Assembly (NCBI GenBank): GCA_006218035.1
Contig: VBWC01000017.1
Location: 1,408-65,407, forward strand
Length of the DNA: 64,000 nt
Direction: 5' to 3'
DNA from: Gammaproteobacteria bacterium
GTDB taxonomy: Bacteria; Pseudomonadota; Gammaproteobacteria; VBWC01
The notes under the pieces were generated by a model. That model ran no database searches and had not been told where the DNA came from. It saw only the letters and a program-made list of their open reading frames with translations. Position 1 is the first letter of the stretch. Every line of letters begins with the position of its first letter. The translations under genes were made by a program, and so were the position numbers. Shown one piece after another: positions 1 to 9,831 of the stretch.

Positions 1-607
1 CAACGAGATTGGAAAATATCTTGACCGACGCTGTGTAGTTTTTCTTCAGCGATTCGTGCGCCGATTCCAGTAACGCCATCGCCTCGCGCAGCTTTACTGT
101 ACGCTCTTCCACCTTCTTCTCCAGATTGACGTTCAGGTCACGCAGTTCGGCATTCTGCCGGGTTGTCAACGCGTGCAGGCGGTCGCGCTCCCTCTGGAGA
201 TACTTGTGTTCCAGCGCGTGTCGCACTGTGATGGTGATGTCGTTGTCTTCCCAGGGTTTGCTGATGTATTTATAGATACTGCCTTTGTTGATCGCGGCGA
301 TCGTCGACGTGATGTCCGCGTAACCCGTCAACAGAATCCGGATCGTCTCCGGCCACTTTAACGACGCCTCCGCCAGAAACGCCGCACCGTCCATCTCCGG
401 CATGCGCATGTCGGAAATTACCAGGTCGATCGCCTGACTCGCCATCACCGCGAGCCCATCCTTGCCGTTCTTGGCTGTGAGAATCGTGTACCCCATCGGC
501 CGGAACAGACGCCGTAGCGATGAGAGAATATTCTCCTCATCGTCAACGAATAACAGCGTTGCCTTTGGCGGCTGTCCCTCTGCTGCCTGTTCGTTTCTGT
601 CATTCAT
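1..607 (-). CDS. Response regulator, REC domain plus coiled-coil linker. The 3' end runs off the window, so the output domain is not visible.
   Basis: Hand translation of the minus strand from ATG at 607-605 gives MNDRNEQAAEGQPPKATLLFVDDEENILSSLRRLFRPMGYTILTAKNGKDGLAVMASQAIDLVISDMRMPEMDG...KPW...ESLKKNYTASVKIFSNLV. It is missing from the ORF track because the window edge truncates it. Confidence 0.8.
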   Translation of the reverse strand, partial: MNDRNEQAAEGQPPKATLLFVDDEENILSSLRRLFRPMGYTILTAKNGKDGLAVMASQAIDLVISDMRMPEMDGAAFLAEASLKWPETIRILLTGYADITSTIAAINKGSIYKYISKPWEDNDITITVRHALEHKYLQRERDRLHALTTRQNAELRDLNVNLEKKVEERTVKLREAMALLESAHESLKKNYTASVKIFSNLV

Positions 608-644
608 TTGTTGGCTTCACCATTGCGACGCACAGCCCGCCTTA

Positions 645-2006
645 TCACCGCCCTGCCTTGGCCTCCGCCTGCGTCACCGGCAACCAAACCGTGAACGTCG
701 TACCCTTGCCGGCCTCGCTTTCCACCTCAATGCGTCCATGATGTTTTTGCACAATGCTGTACGACAGCGACAGGCCCAGCCCGGTGCCCTTGCCGACCGG
801 CTTGGTGGTAAAAAACGGTTCGAATATCCGCTTGATCTTGTCCGGAGGTATGCCGTTTCCAGTATCCATTATCTTGGCCCACACCCAGTCGTCGCCCTGT
901 TTCCCGGTGCGCACCGTGATTGTCCCGCGGCTTTCTATTGCGTGGGCCGCATTGACCAGCATGTTCATGAACACCTGGTTGAGCTGTGACGCGATGCACT
1001 CGACGTCTGGCAGGTCGCCGTATTCCTTGACCACATCAGCCTTGTACTTGAGCTCGTTGTTGACGATGTTGAGCGTGCTGTCGATACCGCGATGCAGATT
1101 GGCCCATTGCCATTCAGCCTCGTCGACGTGCGAGAAGTCCTTCAGATCCTGGACGATCTGCCGGACCCGCGTCACCCCCTCGATAGATTCGTTGACGAGC
1201 TGCGCGATGTCCTCCTTCAGAAAATTCAGATCTATTTCTTTCTTCAACGCGACCACCGGATCCCGCTGCTGCTGCGGCAGCGACGGTTCGACGCCCTCGT
1301 AGGCGCTCAGCATTCGAAATAGATCCTCGACATAACGTTTCAGGGTTCCGATGTTGGAATTGATGTAGCCGACCGGGTTGTTGATTTCGTGCGCGACACC
1401 GGCGGCGAGCTGGCCGATCGACGCCATCTTTTCGGACTGAAGCAACTGGTCCTGAGCTGATTCGAGCTCCTTGATTTTCACCTCGACACGTTTCTCCAGT
1501 TGCGCATTCATATCCATCAGTTCGCGGACCTTCAGTTCGAGTTTCTCTACCAGGCGGCGGTTGTATTCCTTGAGATAGCCATTCTTGGCTGAGTCCTCGA
1601 GCACCTCCTGCTTTCCGCTGACATAGGAAGTCACAGTCGCTACAAATGTCCCGACATCGATCGGCTTCGATATATAGCCATCGCAGCCGGCGACAAGGCT
1701 GCGCTCCCGGTCGCCATCGATCGCGTTGGCGGTAATCGCAATGACCGGGATCGAGGCCAGATCGGCGATCGCCTTGATGCGAGTGGTTGCCTCGTAACCA
1801 TCCAGCCCGGGCATGTTCATATCCATCAGAATCAGGTCCGGATGCTCGGCCTGGGCCATATTGATACCTTCAATGCCGTCACTTGCCTCAAGAACCTGAT
1901 AGCCAGCGTTGACGAGCAGCTTGTGCACCAGCGCCTTGTTTGCCGGATCATCCTCAACATAGAGAATCCTGACGACCGCGCCTGATGATAATTGCTGACC
2001 TTCCAT
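645..2006 (-). CDS. Hybrid sensor histidine kinase with an N-terminal receiver (REC-coiled coil-HisKA-HATPase)
   Basis: REC motifs (ILYVEDDP, DLILMDMNMPGLDG, ISKP). H-box AAGVAHEINNPVG. ATPase motifs DTGNGI and GTGLGLS. It lies 13 bp downstream of the MHYT kinase and 37 bp upstream of the next regulator. Confidence 0.85.
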   Translation of the reverse strand: MEGQQLSSGAVVRILYVEDDPANKALVHKLLVNAGYQVLEASDGIEGINMAQAEHPDLILMDMNMPGLDGYEATTRIKAIADLASIPVIAITANAIDGDRERSLVAGCDGYISKPIDVGTFVATVTSYVSGKQEVLEDSAKNGYLKEYNRRLVEKLELKVRELMDMNAQLEKRVEVKIKELESAQDQLLQSEKMASIGQLAAGVAHEINNPVGYINSNIGTLKRYVEDLFRMLSAYEGVEPSLPQQQRDPVVALKKEIDLNFLKEDIAQLVNESIEGVTRVRQIVQDLKDFSHVDEAEWQWANLHRGIDSTLNIVNNELKYKADVVKEYGDLPDVECIASQLNQVFMNMLVNAAHAIESRGTITVRTGKQGDDWVWAKIMDTGNGIPPDKIKRIFEPFFTTKPVGKGTGLGLSLSYSIVQKHHGRIEVESEAGKGTTFTVWLPVTQAEAKAGR

Positions 2007-2019
2007 TGCCTTCTCCCCC

Positions 2020-5000
2020 TTACGTTGCCTGTTTCAACGTTTCGTTCGACTGTCGGACGTCGACAGGAATAGTGAAATAAAATGTCGAACCAGCCCCCGG
2101 CGTGCTTTCCACCCGGATGACGCCGCCATGCATCTCGACGAATCGCCTGGAAATCGCCAGACCCAGACCGGTACTTCGCTCTTTTTTCGCGCCCTGTTTG
2201 GTCTGGCGGAATTCTTCAAACACCAGTTCGATATCCTGCGGCGCAATACCGGTACCGGTATCGCTGACCGAGACGATAACCATGCGCTTCCCGGAACTAA
2301 CGGAGCTGATGTCTTTTGCTACCAACAGCGGGGCGTCATCCTCGGCAGTCCGGATGCCCAACACAACTTCCCCCTTGTCAGTAAACTTGATCGCGTTGCT
2401 GAGCAGATTTAGCATGACCTGTTTGAGGCGCATCGGATCCCCATAAACCCGCGGAAGATCTTTCTGAATTTCACTGCGCAGCATCAACCCCTTGTCATTG
2501 GCGAGCACGCGCACTGCGGCAAGCGATTGATCCGCGACGGCGGCCAGATCGGTATCCTCGCGATGAAGCTCCATACGCCCCGCCTCGATCTTGGAGATGT
2601 CGAGCAGATCGCTGATCAGTTCCAGCAAATGCTTGCCACCGTCGTTGACAAACTTGAGGCTGTGCGCCTGTTCCTCGTTGACCGGCCCGTCCACGCCCTG
2701 CAGCATCGCGCCGGAAAACCCGATGATGGCGTTGAGCGGTGTCCGTAACTCGTGTGACATACTGGCGAGAAACTGTGATTTCACCTGATTGGCACGGGTC
2801 GCTTTGTCCCGCACAGCTTCCATCGCCGCCTCCATCGTCATCCGCTCCAGTTCGGCGCCGGCGCGCGCCGCAAAAATCTGCGACAGTGATATGACGCGTT
2901 CCGCATCGGGGAAAGGTCCGTCATGGATGATGGCGATATGGCCAAGATACCCGTTCGCCGAGTCCTTGAGTGGCACACCGTAATAACTGTCGGCGTGGAT
3001 GCTCTTCAGCAATTCCGCCTGGGGGAATTCCGCCTGAACGTTTTGCGGAAAATAACAGGGCTGGTTGCTTGCTGGCAACGATTCGCAAGGCATGCCGTCC
3101 ACCTTGAACTCCTGGGGCTCGCCCCAACCGTTGTGGGTCCAGCTGGCGATGATCCTGGCGGTGTGTTCATCGACTTTCTTGATTACAAATACATAACTAA
3201 CGCCCAGAGCCTCGGCGAGGTAGTTTGCTAGCATCGGGAAGAAATTCGCGCCGGTCACGTTGCTGGTGCCCTCGATCACCAGCCGCAGCGCATTTCTGTC
3301 GTGTTCGAGCTTCTTTCTGCCTTCTTCCAGTTGCCCGGTTCTTTCCCTGACGCGCTGCTCCAGATCGCGATTGGCTTCGGCAAGCTGCTTCTCTGTCAGC
3401 ACAAGATTCGTGATGTCGGTGCGCGCCGAAATGTACTGATAGATTTTTCCGTCCGCGCCGACACACGGAACAATGGTCGCGTTAACCCAGTAGTTGCTGC
3501 CGTTCTTGCGGCGGTTACAGATAATTCCCTTCCAGACATGGCCATGCGAGATCGTACGCCACAGCTCCTCGTAAAACTCCGGCGGATACGCGCTGGATTT
3601 GACGATTCTGTGGTTCTGTCCGATCAATTCTTCCGGGGAATAACCGCTGACGGAACAGAATTTGTCATTGGCATAGAGGATATCGCCACGGCGATCGGCA
3701 ATGCTGACGATCGCATGTTCGTCCAGCACGAGTTTCTGATACGTGAGCTGGCTCAGCGCCTCTTCCAGCTCACGGCTCTTGGCGTGGAAGAACAGCCCAT
3801 AGCGGCGGAACCCCATATAGACGCAACCCAGCAAGATCGCCAGCATCCATAACAGCGCGTTCTGTATAGACCTGGCGACGCCCGACTGGACGTAAATCCG
3901 GTTGACGACGGCCGCCGACAGCCCCGCGCTCAGTTGATGGATGTCCTTCAGCAGATAGTCCGTATCCGGTGTCATCACGGCGACGAATTCATTCAACGCG
4001 GCGCGGATCTCTTCATCCCGCTCCGGCTCGACGAGCTGGCCATTGAGCAGCCCGCCGCGCAACATGGTATGCACCAGCGCGAGCGTGTTATTGATGGCGA
4101 AGCCGTCGATCGTCGTACCCGCCGCTTTGTCCGGGTGCTCCATCGCGAGATGCACCAGCGCGAGCCGTCGCTCGATCTGCTGGCTGATATCGAGCAGCAG
4201 TACCTGCCGCCGATACGCCGCACCCAGCCACTGGTTACCTAATATGACCATGCTGATCACTACCATCAGACCGGTGACGATCCCCACCTGGACCCGGGTC
4301 ATAATCATGTCTCTGGCGTTCATTCGCTGATCCCAACGGAGTGAAACGATCACAGCGATGCCGAGAGCCATTGTAATTCCCACCAGAAGAACCGCGGTCG
4401 GCACGACGCCGAGCACGGCATCGCTCTGCAGGGACGCGATCTTTGGTACATGGAAAAAGGTCGCCGCCATTGCGGCGTAATGCGTACCGATAAAGGCCGT
4501 ACCGAGCAGTACTGCGCCAGCCAGTTTGAACAATTCGGCGGAAAACCTGCCCTCCGGAATCCGGCCCAGGACCAGCATCAGCGCAATATTCGTCACACAA
4601 ATCGGCAGCGCCACCGACAGCAGTACGAGCGCCGGTTCGTAGAGTATCGTCGCTTCTGTCTCCACCATAGCCATAGCCACGTAATAAATCGACGCGAGAC
4701 CGAAGCCGGCCACTAGCCCGCTGCCGAGCCATTGCCCAAGACTCAGCACCCGGTGCGAGACCAAGTACATGCCCAGCGCGCAGACACCGATCGCATAGAG
4801 CAGCGACACAACGATGCCGGCCGGCCGCATATGCATTGCGATCGGCACCTGGAACGCAAGCATCGCAACAAAGTGCATGCACCAAAGCCCGGTGCCCAGC
4901 ATACCGGCGCGCATCAGCAGATCGGCCATCCCCGACCCGCCAGAGACATTGACAGGCTTTGCGCGCGAAATAAGTATTATCGATAGATAGGTGACCAGCA

Positions 5001-5070
5001 CGGCAATGAGCGCCGACGCCGTGACAAGACGCAGATCATAGCTTCCTTCGATCAATCCCCGCGCGTACAT
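2020..5070 (-). CDS. Sensor histidine kinase, MHYT-type membrane domain + PAS + GAF-like + HisKA + HATPase
   Basis: Multi-TM N-terminus with MHYT-like motifs (WCMHFVAM, GTHYAAM). PAS segment (DILYANDKFCSVSGYSPEELIGQNHRIV). H-box FLASMSHELRTPLNAI. ATPase motifs DTGTGI and GLGLAISR. Confidence 0.85.
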   Translation of the reverse strand: MYARGLIEGSYDLRLVTASALIAVLVTYLSIILISRAKPVNVSGGSGMADLLMRAGMLGTGLWCMHFVAMLAFQVPIAMHMRPAGIVVSLLYAIGVCALGMYLVSHRVLSLGQWLGSGLVAGFGLASIYYVAMAMVETEATILYEPALVLLSVALPICVTNIALMLVLGRIPEGRFSAELFKLAGAVLLGTAFIGTHYAAMAATFFHVPKIASLQSDAVLGVVPTAVLLVGITMALGIAVIVSLRWDQRMNARDMIMTRVQVGIVTGLMVVISMVILGNQWLGAAYRRQVLLLDISQQIERRLALVHLAMEHPDKAAGTTIDGFAINNTLALVHTMLRGGLLNGQLVEPERDEEIRAALNEFVAVMTPDTDYLLKDIHQLSAGLSAAVVNRIYVQSGVARSIQNALLWMLAILLGCVYMGFRRYGLFFHAKSRELEEALSQLTYQKLVLDEHAIVSIADRRGDILYANDKFCSVSGYSPEELIGQNHRIVKSSAYPPEFYEELWRTISHGHVWKGIICNRRKNGSNYWVNATIVPCVGADGKIYQYISARTDITNLVLTEKQLAEANRDLEQRVRERTGQLEEGRKKLEHDRNALRLVIEGTSNVTGANFFPMLANYLAEALGVSYVFVIKKVDEHTARIIASWTHNGWGEPQEFKVDGMPCESLPASNQPCYFPQNVQAEFPQAELLKSIHADSYYGVPLKDSANGYLGHIAIIHDGPFPDAERVISLSQIFAARAGAELERMTMEAAMEAVRDKATRANQVKSQFLASMSHELRTPLNAIIGFSGAMLQGVDGPVNEEQAHSLKFVNDGGKHLLELISDLLDISKIEAGRMELHREDTDLAAVADQSLAAVRVLANDKGLMLRSEIQKDLPRVYGDPMRLKQVMLNLLSNAIKFTDKGEVVLGIRTAEDDAPLLVAKDISSVSSGKRMVIVSVSDTGTGIAPQDIELVFEEFRQTKQGAKKERSTGLGLAISRRFVEMHGGVIRVESTPGAGSTFYFTIPVDVRQSNETLKQAT

Positions 5071-5461
5071 ACGTTATGTTTTGTAAGCCGTTATGCGCAT
5101 TTTCAACGTCGGCCCCCCATGTTCATGTTCTGACATGGCCCTCGCCGAGAATGGACCGGGAACCTGTGGAAGTGGCGTGAAGCTCAATCGTCGCCTCCCT
5201 TGTGCGGCAGCCGCCCCCCTTTGTGCCAGGCCGAGTCCTCCGTAACTCCCTTGGCTATCGGCATTTTTCACAAGGCAATTAGCAGACTGCAGAAAAACCG
5301 CCCACGTGCGGCGCGGAAACGCACCGCCATTTTTCACGTCGGCTTCATCTGCTTGAAAAATGGCGCAAAGTAACAATCAAACACATTGATTGGGGTGTCG
5401 AAAAAACAATCGAAGCGCTGCCGCAATTCTGACAGGGTGCGATGAGCGCGAAAATCCCGGA

Positions 5462-6295
5462 CTAACCCAACAGGGCTTTCGATGAACCGAACAGCGCTTC
5501 GATCTGGGAAAGATAGGTTCCGATGTTTTTTATATCCATCTTTAATGTAGCAACGGCATCGGGCGCGAGCATCGGAATAAGGGTATCTCCACCATCACCA
5601 AGCTCCAGCCCCCGGCAGAGGATGTCCGCCACGTGCACCAGCGCCACCAGCGTGACGGATGGGTACGAGCACGGTGTGTGGTGGCCCTTGATCGCCAGCG
5701 CGAGCGCTTCCGGCAGCTTCCACCGGTGCGCGATCATGCCACCGATTTCGCAGTGATCGATGCCGAGTACAGCGGTTTCCGCGTCGCGTAACAGGCAGGA
5801 ATTCGCATCGCGATATTCGATCACCTTGCCGTAGCGATCGGCAAAATGCACATCCAGCACCATCTTGCCGATGTCGTGCAGCAGACCGGCGGTGAATGCC
5901 GTCTCCTGATCAACACCCGTCGACGGCGCCAGCACCTTCGCGGCCACGCCGGTACCGATCGCGTGCTGCCACAGTCCGATCAGGTTCAGATGATTGCCCC
6001 CATCCGCAGGAAACTGACCGATCACGCCGGCGGTAATCACGATGTTGCGTACCGCATGTATGCCGAGAATGACGCAAGCCTCCTTCAGGCTGCTTACCTC
6101 GCCCCCCAGGCCATAGAACGGTGAGTTCGCGACTTTCAGAATACGCGCGGCCAGCGCCGGGTCCTGGGCGATCTTCTTTTGCAGTTCGCCGAAGTCCACG
6201 TCCTTGCGATTCAGAACTTCCATGACCGCCGTTACCGCTACCGGCAGCGGTGGAATTTCCCTGAGGCCTTTTTCGAGTGTCTGTCGATCGAACAT
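5462..6295 (-). CDS. HDOD domain signalling protein
   Basis: 277 aa with typical HDOD features (ILKVANSPFYG, GLLHDIGKMVL). Confidence 0.8.
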   Translation of the reverse strand: MFDRQTLEKGLREIPPLPVAVTAVMEVLNRKDVDFGELQKKIAQDPALAARILKVANSPFYGLGGEVSSLKEACVILGIHAVRNIVITAGVIGQFPADGGNHLNLIGLWQHAIGTGVAAKVLAPSTGVDQETAFTAGLLHDIGKMVLDVHFADRYGKVIEYRDANSCLLRDAETAVLGIDHCEIGGMIAHRWKLPEALALAIKGHHTPCSYPSVTLVALVHVADILCRGLELGDGGDTLIPMLAPDAVATLKMDIKNIGTYLSQIEALFGSSKALLG

Positions 6296-6302
6296 GGGCT
6301 GT

Positions 6303-6620
6303 TCAGATATTGTTAAGCCTGTATTCCAGCAATACCGCCTTGAGTTGCTCCATTAACAGGTCGTTTGCCACCTTGCGAAAGCGCTCGTCCAGCTGCCTGG
6401 CGACTTCCTGGCGTTTTTTTTCCTGCTCCTCCGGTGTGGACGTTTCTTCGCGATAGATTGACACCTTCTTGACACCACGGCTGGCAAGTCTTTTCAATGT
6501 TTTTTCACCCAGCATCGTACCCGCCGGCATCAGGCAAACGCCCTTGGCATCGGTGACATCAAGCGCCAGGATAGCGCTCTCGTCCACGTCGCCAAGAACG
6601 ACTTCAACGCACTTCTTCAT
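6303..6620 (-). CDS. Small hypothetical protein in the signalling cluster
   Basis: 105-aa ORF that overlaps the stop of the upstream REC gene by 17 nt, which suggests translational coupling. I recognise no catalytic motif. Confidence 0.5.
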   Translation of the reverse strand: MKKCVEVVLGDVDESAILALDVTDAKGVCLMPAGTMLGEKTLKRLASRGVKKVSIYREETSTPEEQEKKRQEVARQLDERFRKVANDLLMEQLKAVLLEYRLNNI

Positions 6621-7452
6621 GATCCTGTCCTCGCGGCAATATCAACAGGACACCACCGGTCGCCATCGATGACCCGCCCATCGATGCGGCCCATATTTCC
6701 AGCGTACGCCCCGCGATGACCGCCGTTTCATGTCCCAGCCCATTGCCTTCTGCGCCCCGGCGATAGCAAGCCAGTATTTCGACCGGCACGACCTGCTCGA
6801 CTTGATTCCCCAATAGCCCAAACTCAACCGGACCAAGAATTTCGGCGGCCTTTCCATTTGCAACGGCAATCATGCCGTCCTCACCAATACCCAGCACCGC
6901 AAACGGCATCGCCTCGAGAATCTCCTGAATCACCTGCAGGGCCCGGATATTCATTGCGCCGGCCTGGTTACGCTGCTCGGCATTCGCCGCCATCGCCTCG
7001 TTGGCGATTCGCAGATTCTCATTGACCTTCTTGAGCTCTTGCCCGAGACGCTCGTTTTCCTGCACCAGTTCGTAACGACGAAATGCTTCCCGGACGTTGG
7101 CGCGCAGAAGGTCGTCATCCCACGGCTTCGTCAGGAACTTATAGATTGCGCCCTCATTGATCGCGTCGGTCACCGACTTTAGATCGGTATAGCCGCTCAG
7201 AACGATGCGCACGGTGGCCGGACACTGCTTCTTGACCGCACGGAGAAACTCTACACCACTCATATTCGGCATGCGCTGATCCGAAATAACGACCCCGACG
7301 TTGTTGGTTTCAAGCAATTTCAGCCCATCGGCACCGCTGTTGGCGGTCAGTACCTGGTAATCGTCACGACGAAACAGGCGCGCCAGCGAGCGCAGGATGT
7401 TTTCTTCATCGTCTACCAGTAACAACGTCTTAGCCATTAAGAGACCACTCAC
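6604..7452 (-). CDS. Response regulator (REC + coiled coil + PAS-like C-terminal domain)
   Basis: LLLVDDEENILRSL, VVISDQRMPNMSG and TKPW receiver motifs. It has a 4-nt overlap with the upstream Hpt gene. Confidence 0.8.
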   Translation of the reverse strand: MSGLLMAKTLLLVDDEENILRSLARLFRRDDYQVLTANSGADGLKLLETNNVGVVISDQRMPNMSGVEFLRAVKKQCPATVRIVLSGYTDLKSVTDAINEGAIYKFLTKPWDDDLLRANVREAFRRYELVQENERLGQELKKVNENLRIANEAMAANAEQRNQAGAMNIRALQVIQEILEAMPFAVLGIGEDGMIAVANGKAAEILGPVEFGLLGNQVEQVVPVEILACYRRGAEGNGLGHETAVIAGRTLEIWAASMGGSSMATGGVLLILPRGQDHEEVR

Positions 7453-7766
7453 ATGCGCTGATGTGTCACCATGAATACGTCTACGGACTGGGGCAGCGCC
7501 TCGGCAATACTGGTGCAGATCACGAATCTGCCTGACCGCGCACCGTCGAGCGGCTTCTCCAGCAGATGCGTGAACGCGGCGATTTCATGAAATCCGAAGG
7601 TGCCGCTGCCACCCTTGATCGAATGCGCGCCGCGAAATATGACGTTGATGTGTTCCGGATCGGTTCCACCGCTATCGAGATCCAGCAACGCTGTCTCGAC
7701 ATTGGCCAGATGCTCGAGCCTCTCCTCGAAAAACACCTCGTGAAACTGTGTGACGTCGATGGTCAT
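7449..7766 (-). CDS. Stand-alone histidine phosphotransfer (Hpt) protein
   Basis: 105 aa with a CheA-P1/Hpt-type motif, RGAHSIKGGSGTFGF. Confidence 0.75.
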   Translation of the reverse strand: MTIDVTQFHEVFFEERLEHLANVETALLDLDSGGTDPEHINVIFRGAHSIKGGSGTFGFHEIAAFTHLLEKPLDGARSGRFVICTSIAEALPQSVDVFMVTHQRM

Positions 7767-7770
7767 GGCG

Positions 7771-7959
7771 TCACAGAACGCGCTTTATCGTGTCGACAAC
7801 GTGTGTCGGATTAAATGGCTTGACGATCCCAGGCAACTCCGCATGGAGGACCGCGACATGGTCGATTCCCGCGGGCGTGCCTAAACCCATTGCAATAGCG
7901 CGATTTTCAACTTCGTCAACAGAAATGCCGCTTCCTTGCATCGTCTCTCTACCCGTCAT
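7771..7959 (-). pseudogene. Possible C-terminal remnant of a receiver domain, truncated next to a MITE
   Basis: The 62-aa ORF ends ...LPGIVKPFNPTHVVDTIKRVL, which resembles REC alpha4-beta5-alpha5. There is an in-frame stop at 7981-7983, just before the repeat at 8003. Confidence 0.3.
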
Positions 7960-8002
7960 CGGAATCAGCCAATGTATTGGCTACACTCAGTGATATACAT
8001 AT

Positions 8003-8113
8003 TTAAGGAAGCTCTGATTAATCGTCTTATTGTCATTCCCGCGAAAGCGGGAATCCAGTAACGCACTGTTTTAAAAGCGCTGCCGGAATGACGACACATC
8101 AGAGGTTCCTTAA
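8003..8113. repeat. MITE/REP-like element, copy 1 (111 bp, terminal inverted repeats)
   Basis: TTAAGGAAGCTCTGAT...GTCATTCCCGCGAAAGCGGGAATCCAG...CCGGAATGACG...ATCAGAGGTTCCTTAA. The same core appears at about 19.5, 42.06 and 46.6 kb. Confidence 0.85.
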
Positions 8114-8480
8114 TATGGTTTTTTAACTTACCTCATCACTCGGAATTAATCGGCTTTACGGCTGAACTTGATTAAACTTGAATCAAGTAGGGTTTTTTAT
8201 CCGCGGGAAAATGCTGCGATTATTCGTGTCAAAACGCGTTTCTTGTTGCAGACCGGTGACGTGGCGTAGGCGCGGACGGCATGAGGCGCCGCCTACGGAC
8301 TCCGGGATTTCAGAGGGTTACCGACTGGCGACGGAATTCGGGGGTGGTTTTCGCGTCGCGCTCACTGAGCAGGCAGGCACTCGGATCTTGTTCAACCGGG
8401 CCTCGCGCGATTCAGATAGATAACGGGCCTCTGCGGTTCGCGCCACGCGACCAAAACGCAGGCACGACCGGCTATATTTA

Positions 8481-9725
8481 TTAGAAGCCGAACATCGATG
8501 CCTTGCCGGCCATCCGCACATCAATGCCGAACATGCCATGGGGCAGGCTTTTGGCGATTTCGCGTGCGGGCCCGCGCGACTGTTCCTCTTCTGCGTAGAG
8601 ATCAACGATTTTTCGCTTGCGAAACGGAAGCATGCTGGCCTTAAGCAGTAACATCACCGTGGGTTTCAGCCGCCGCTCCCGGTTCTGCTCCATAACGACC
8701 GCGATTTCGCCGGTGGTCAATCTAACCAGGCTGCCGGTGGCGTACAGACCGATCGCCTGGATAAACTCACTGACGATCTGGCCGTGAAACAGGGTGCCGC
8801 GCAGCTCGTTCAGTATCGACGTCGCCTCGGCAGAGGCTACCGCCTCCTCCCCGCCAGCCCGCGGATTGGTCAGCATTTCGTAGTAATCGGCGATACCGGA
8901 AAGGCGCGCCAGCATTGGAATCCGGTCCTGTTGCAGACCGTCGGGATATCCGGAGCCATCGTGACGTTCATGATGGGACTGCACGATATGCAGCACTTCG
9001 TCATCCATGCCCGGCACGATACACAGTATTTCCACCGCGGACTGGACCTGCCGTTTGCGCCGCTGTCGGTCTTCATCGGCCGAAGCCCCGGTACTGCCGC
9101 CGGAACTTGCGTCCGCCAACACCTCGGGCAGGTGCGCCAGCAGGCAGCCCAGAAAAAGCGTCAGCATCTGGCCCTTGTCCAGCCCGATATGACGCGCCAG
9201 TATCGCGGCCCGGATCGCCGCGCGAACTTCCTGACGCCAGGCATAGGTCTCATGATCGTAGACACGGGCCGACCAGGCGTACGCATCGGGATTGCGACAG
9301 ATCCCGTCGATGATCCCGGCGGCAATCTTATACATGGCCAGGTACGCGAACTCGCCGTCGGCGACCCATTGCGCCATCGCGTCAACCATGGCGGATGAAA
9401 TCGCCGGATACAGCTTGGCCGCAGTATTGACCTCTTTCTTGAACGGGACGAGGCCGGCATCGTAGACGCCGTGTTCGATCTTGAGCTCGACGTTTTTCGG
9501 TGGTGCGATGCCAACGTCGAGCACAGCCCGGCTGCGTTTGGGGTCGGTATAGACGAAATCGCAATGCAATCTGAGCGCCAGTATGTCTGCACGCTCGCGG
9601 ATAAAAAATCCTTCGACCGGGAACGGCGTGCCGGCCCACAGCCGGTCAAGACGCGCGACGAACATCCCGACGAGCAGATCCTGCACCGGCACTTTCCTGA
9701 GTCCGTTCGGTAGGTTTTCCGCCAT
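8481..9725 (-). CDS. HD-GYP domain c-di-GMP phosphodiesterase-family protein
   Basis: 414 aa with an intact HHERHDGSGYPDGL motif. Confidence 0.85.
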   Translation of the reverse strand: MAENLPNGLRKVPVQDLLVGMFVARLDRLWAGTPFPVEGFFIRERADILALRLHCDFVYTDPKRSRAVLDVGIAPPKNVELKIEHGVYDAGLVPFKKEVNTAAKLYPAISSAMVDAMAQWVADGEFAYLAMYKIAAGIIDGICRNPDAYAWSARVYDHETYAWRQEVRAAIRAAILARHIGLDKGQMLTLFLGCLLAHLPEVLADASSGGSTGASADEDRQRRKRQVQSAVEILCIVPGMDDEVLHIVQSHHERHDGSGYPDGLQQDRIPMLARLSGIADYYEMLTNPRAGGEEAVASAEATSILNELRGTLFHGQIVSEFIQAIGLYATGSLVRLTTGEIAVVMEQNRERRLKPTVMLLLKASMLPFRKRKIVDLYAEEEQSRGPAREIAKSLPHGMFGIDVRMAGKASMFGF

Positions 9726-9831
9726 GCGTCATCCCTGCGTCATGTTGACCAATACCCGGTAACACACCGGTGCGTGACGGGTGTACAACGACGTGGTAAT
9801 GCAAAATGGCACCGGTCGCCTGCTGGCTATG

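Noticed and set aside
5074-5376. A 100-aa minus-strand ORF between the HDOD gene and the MHYT kinase.
   Set aside because: It has no RBS or motif and odd composition. The region is more plausibly the promoter/leader of the kinase operon.
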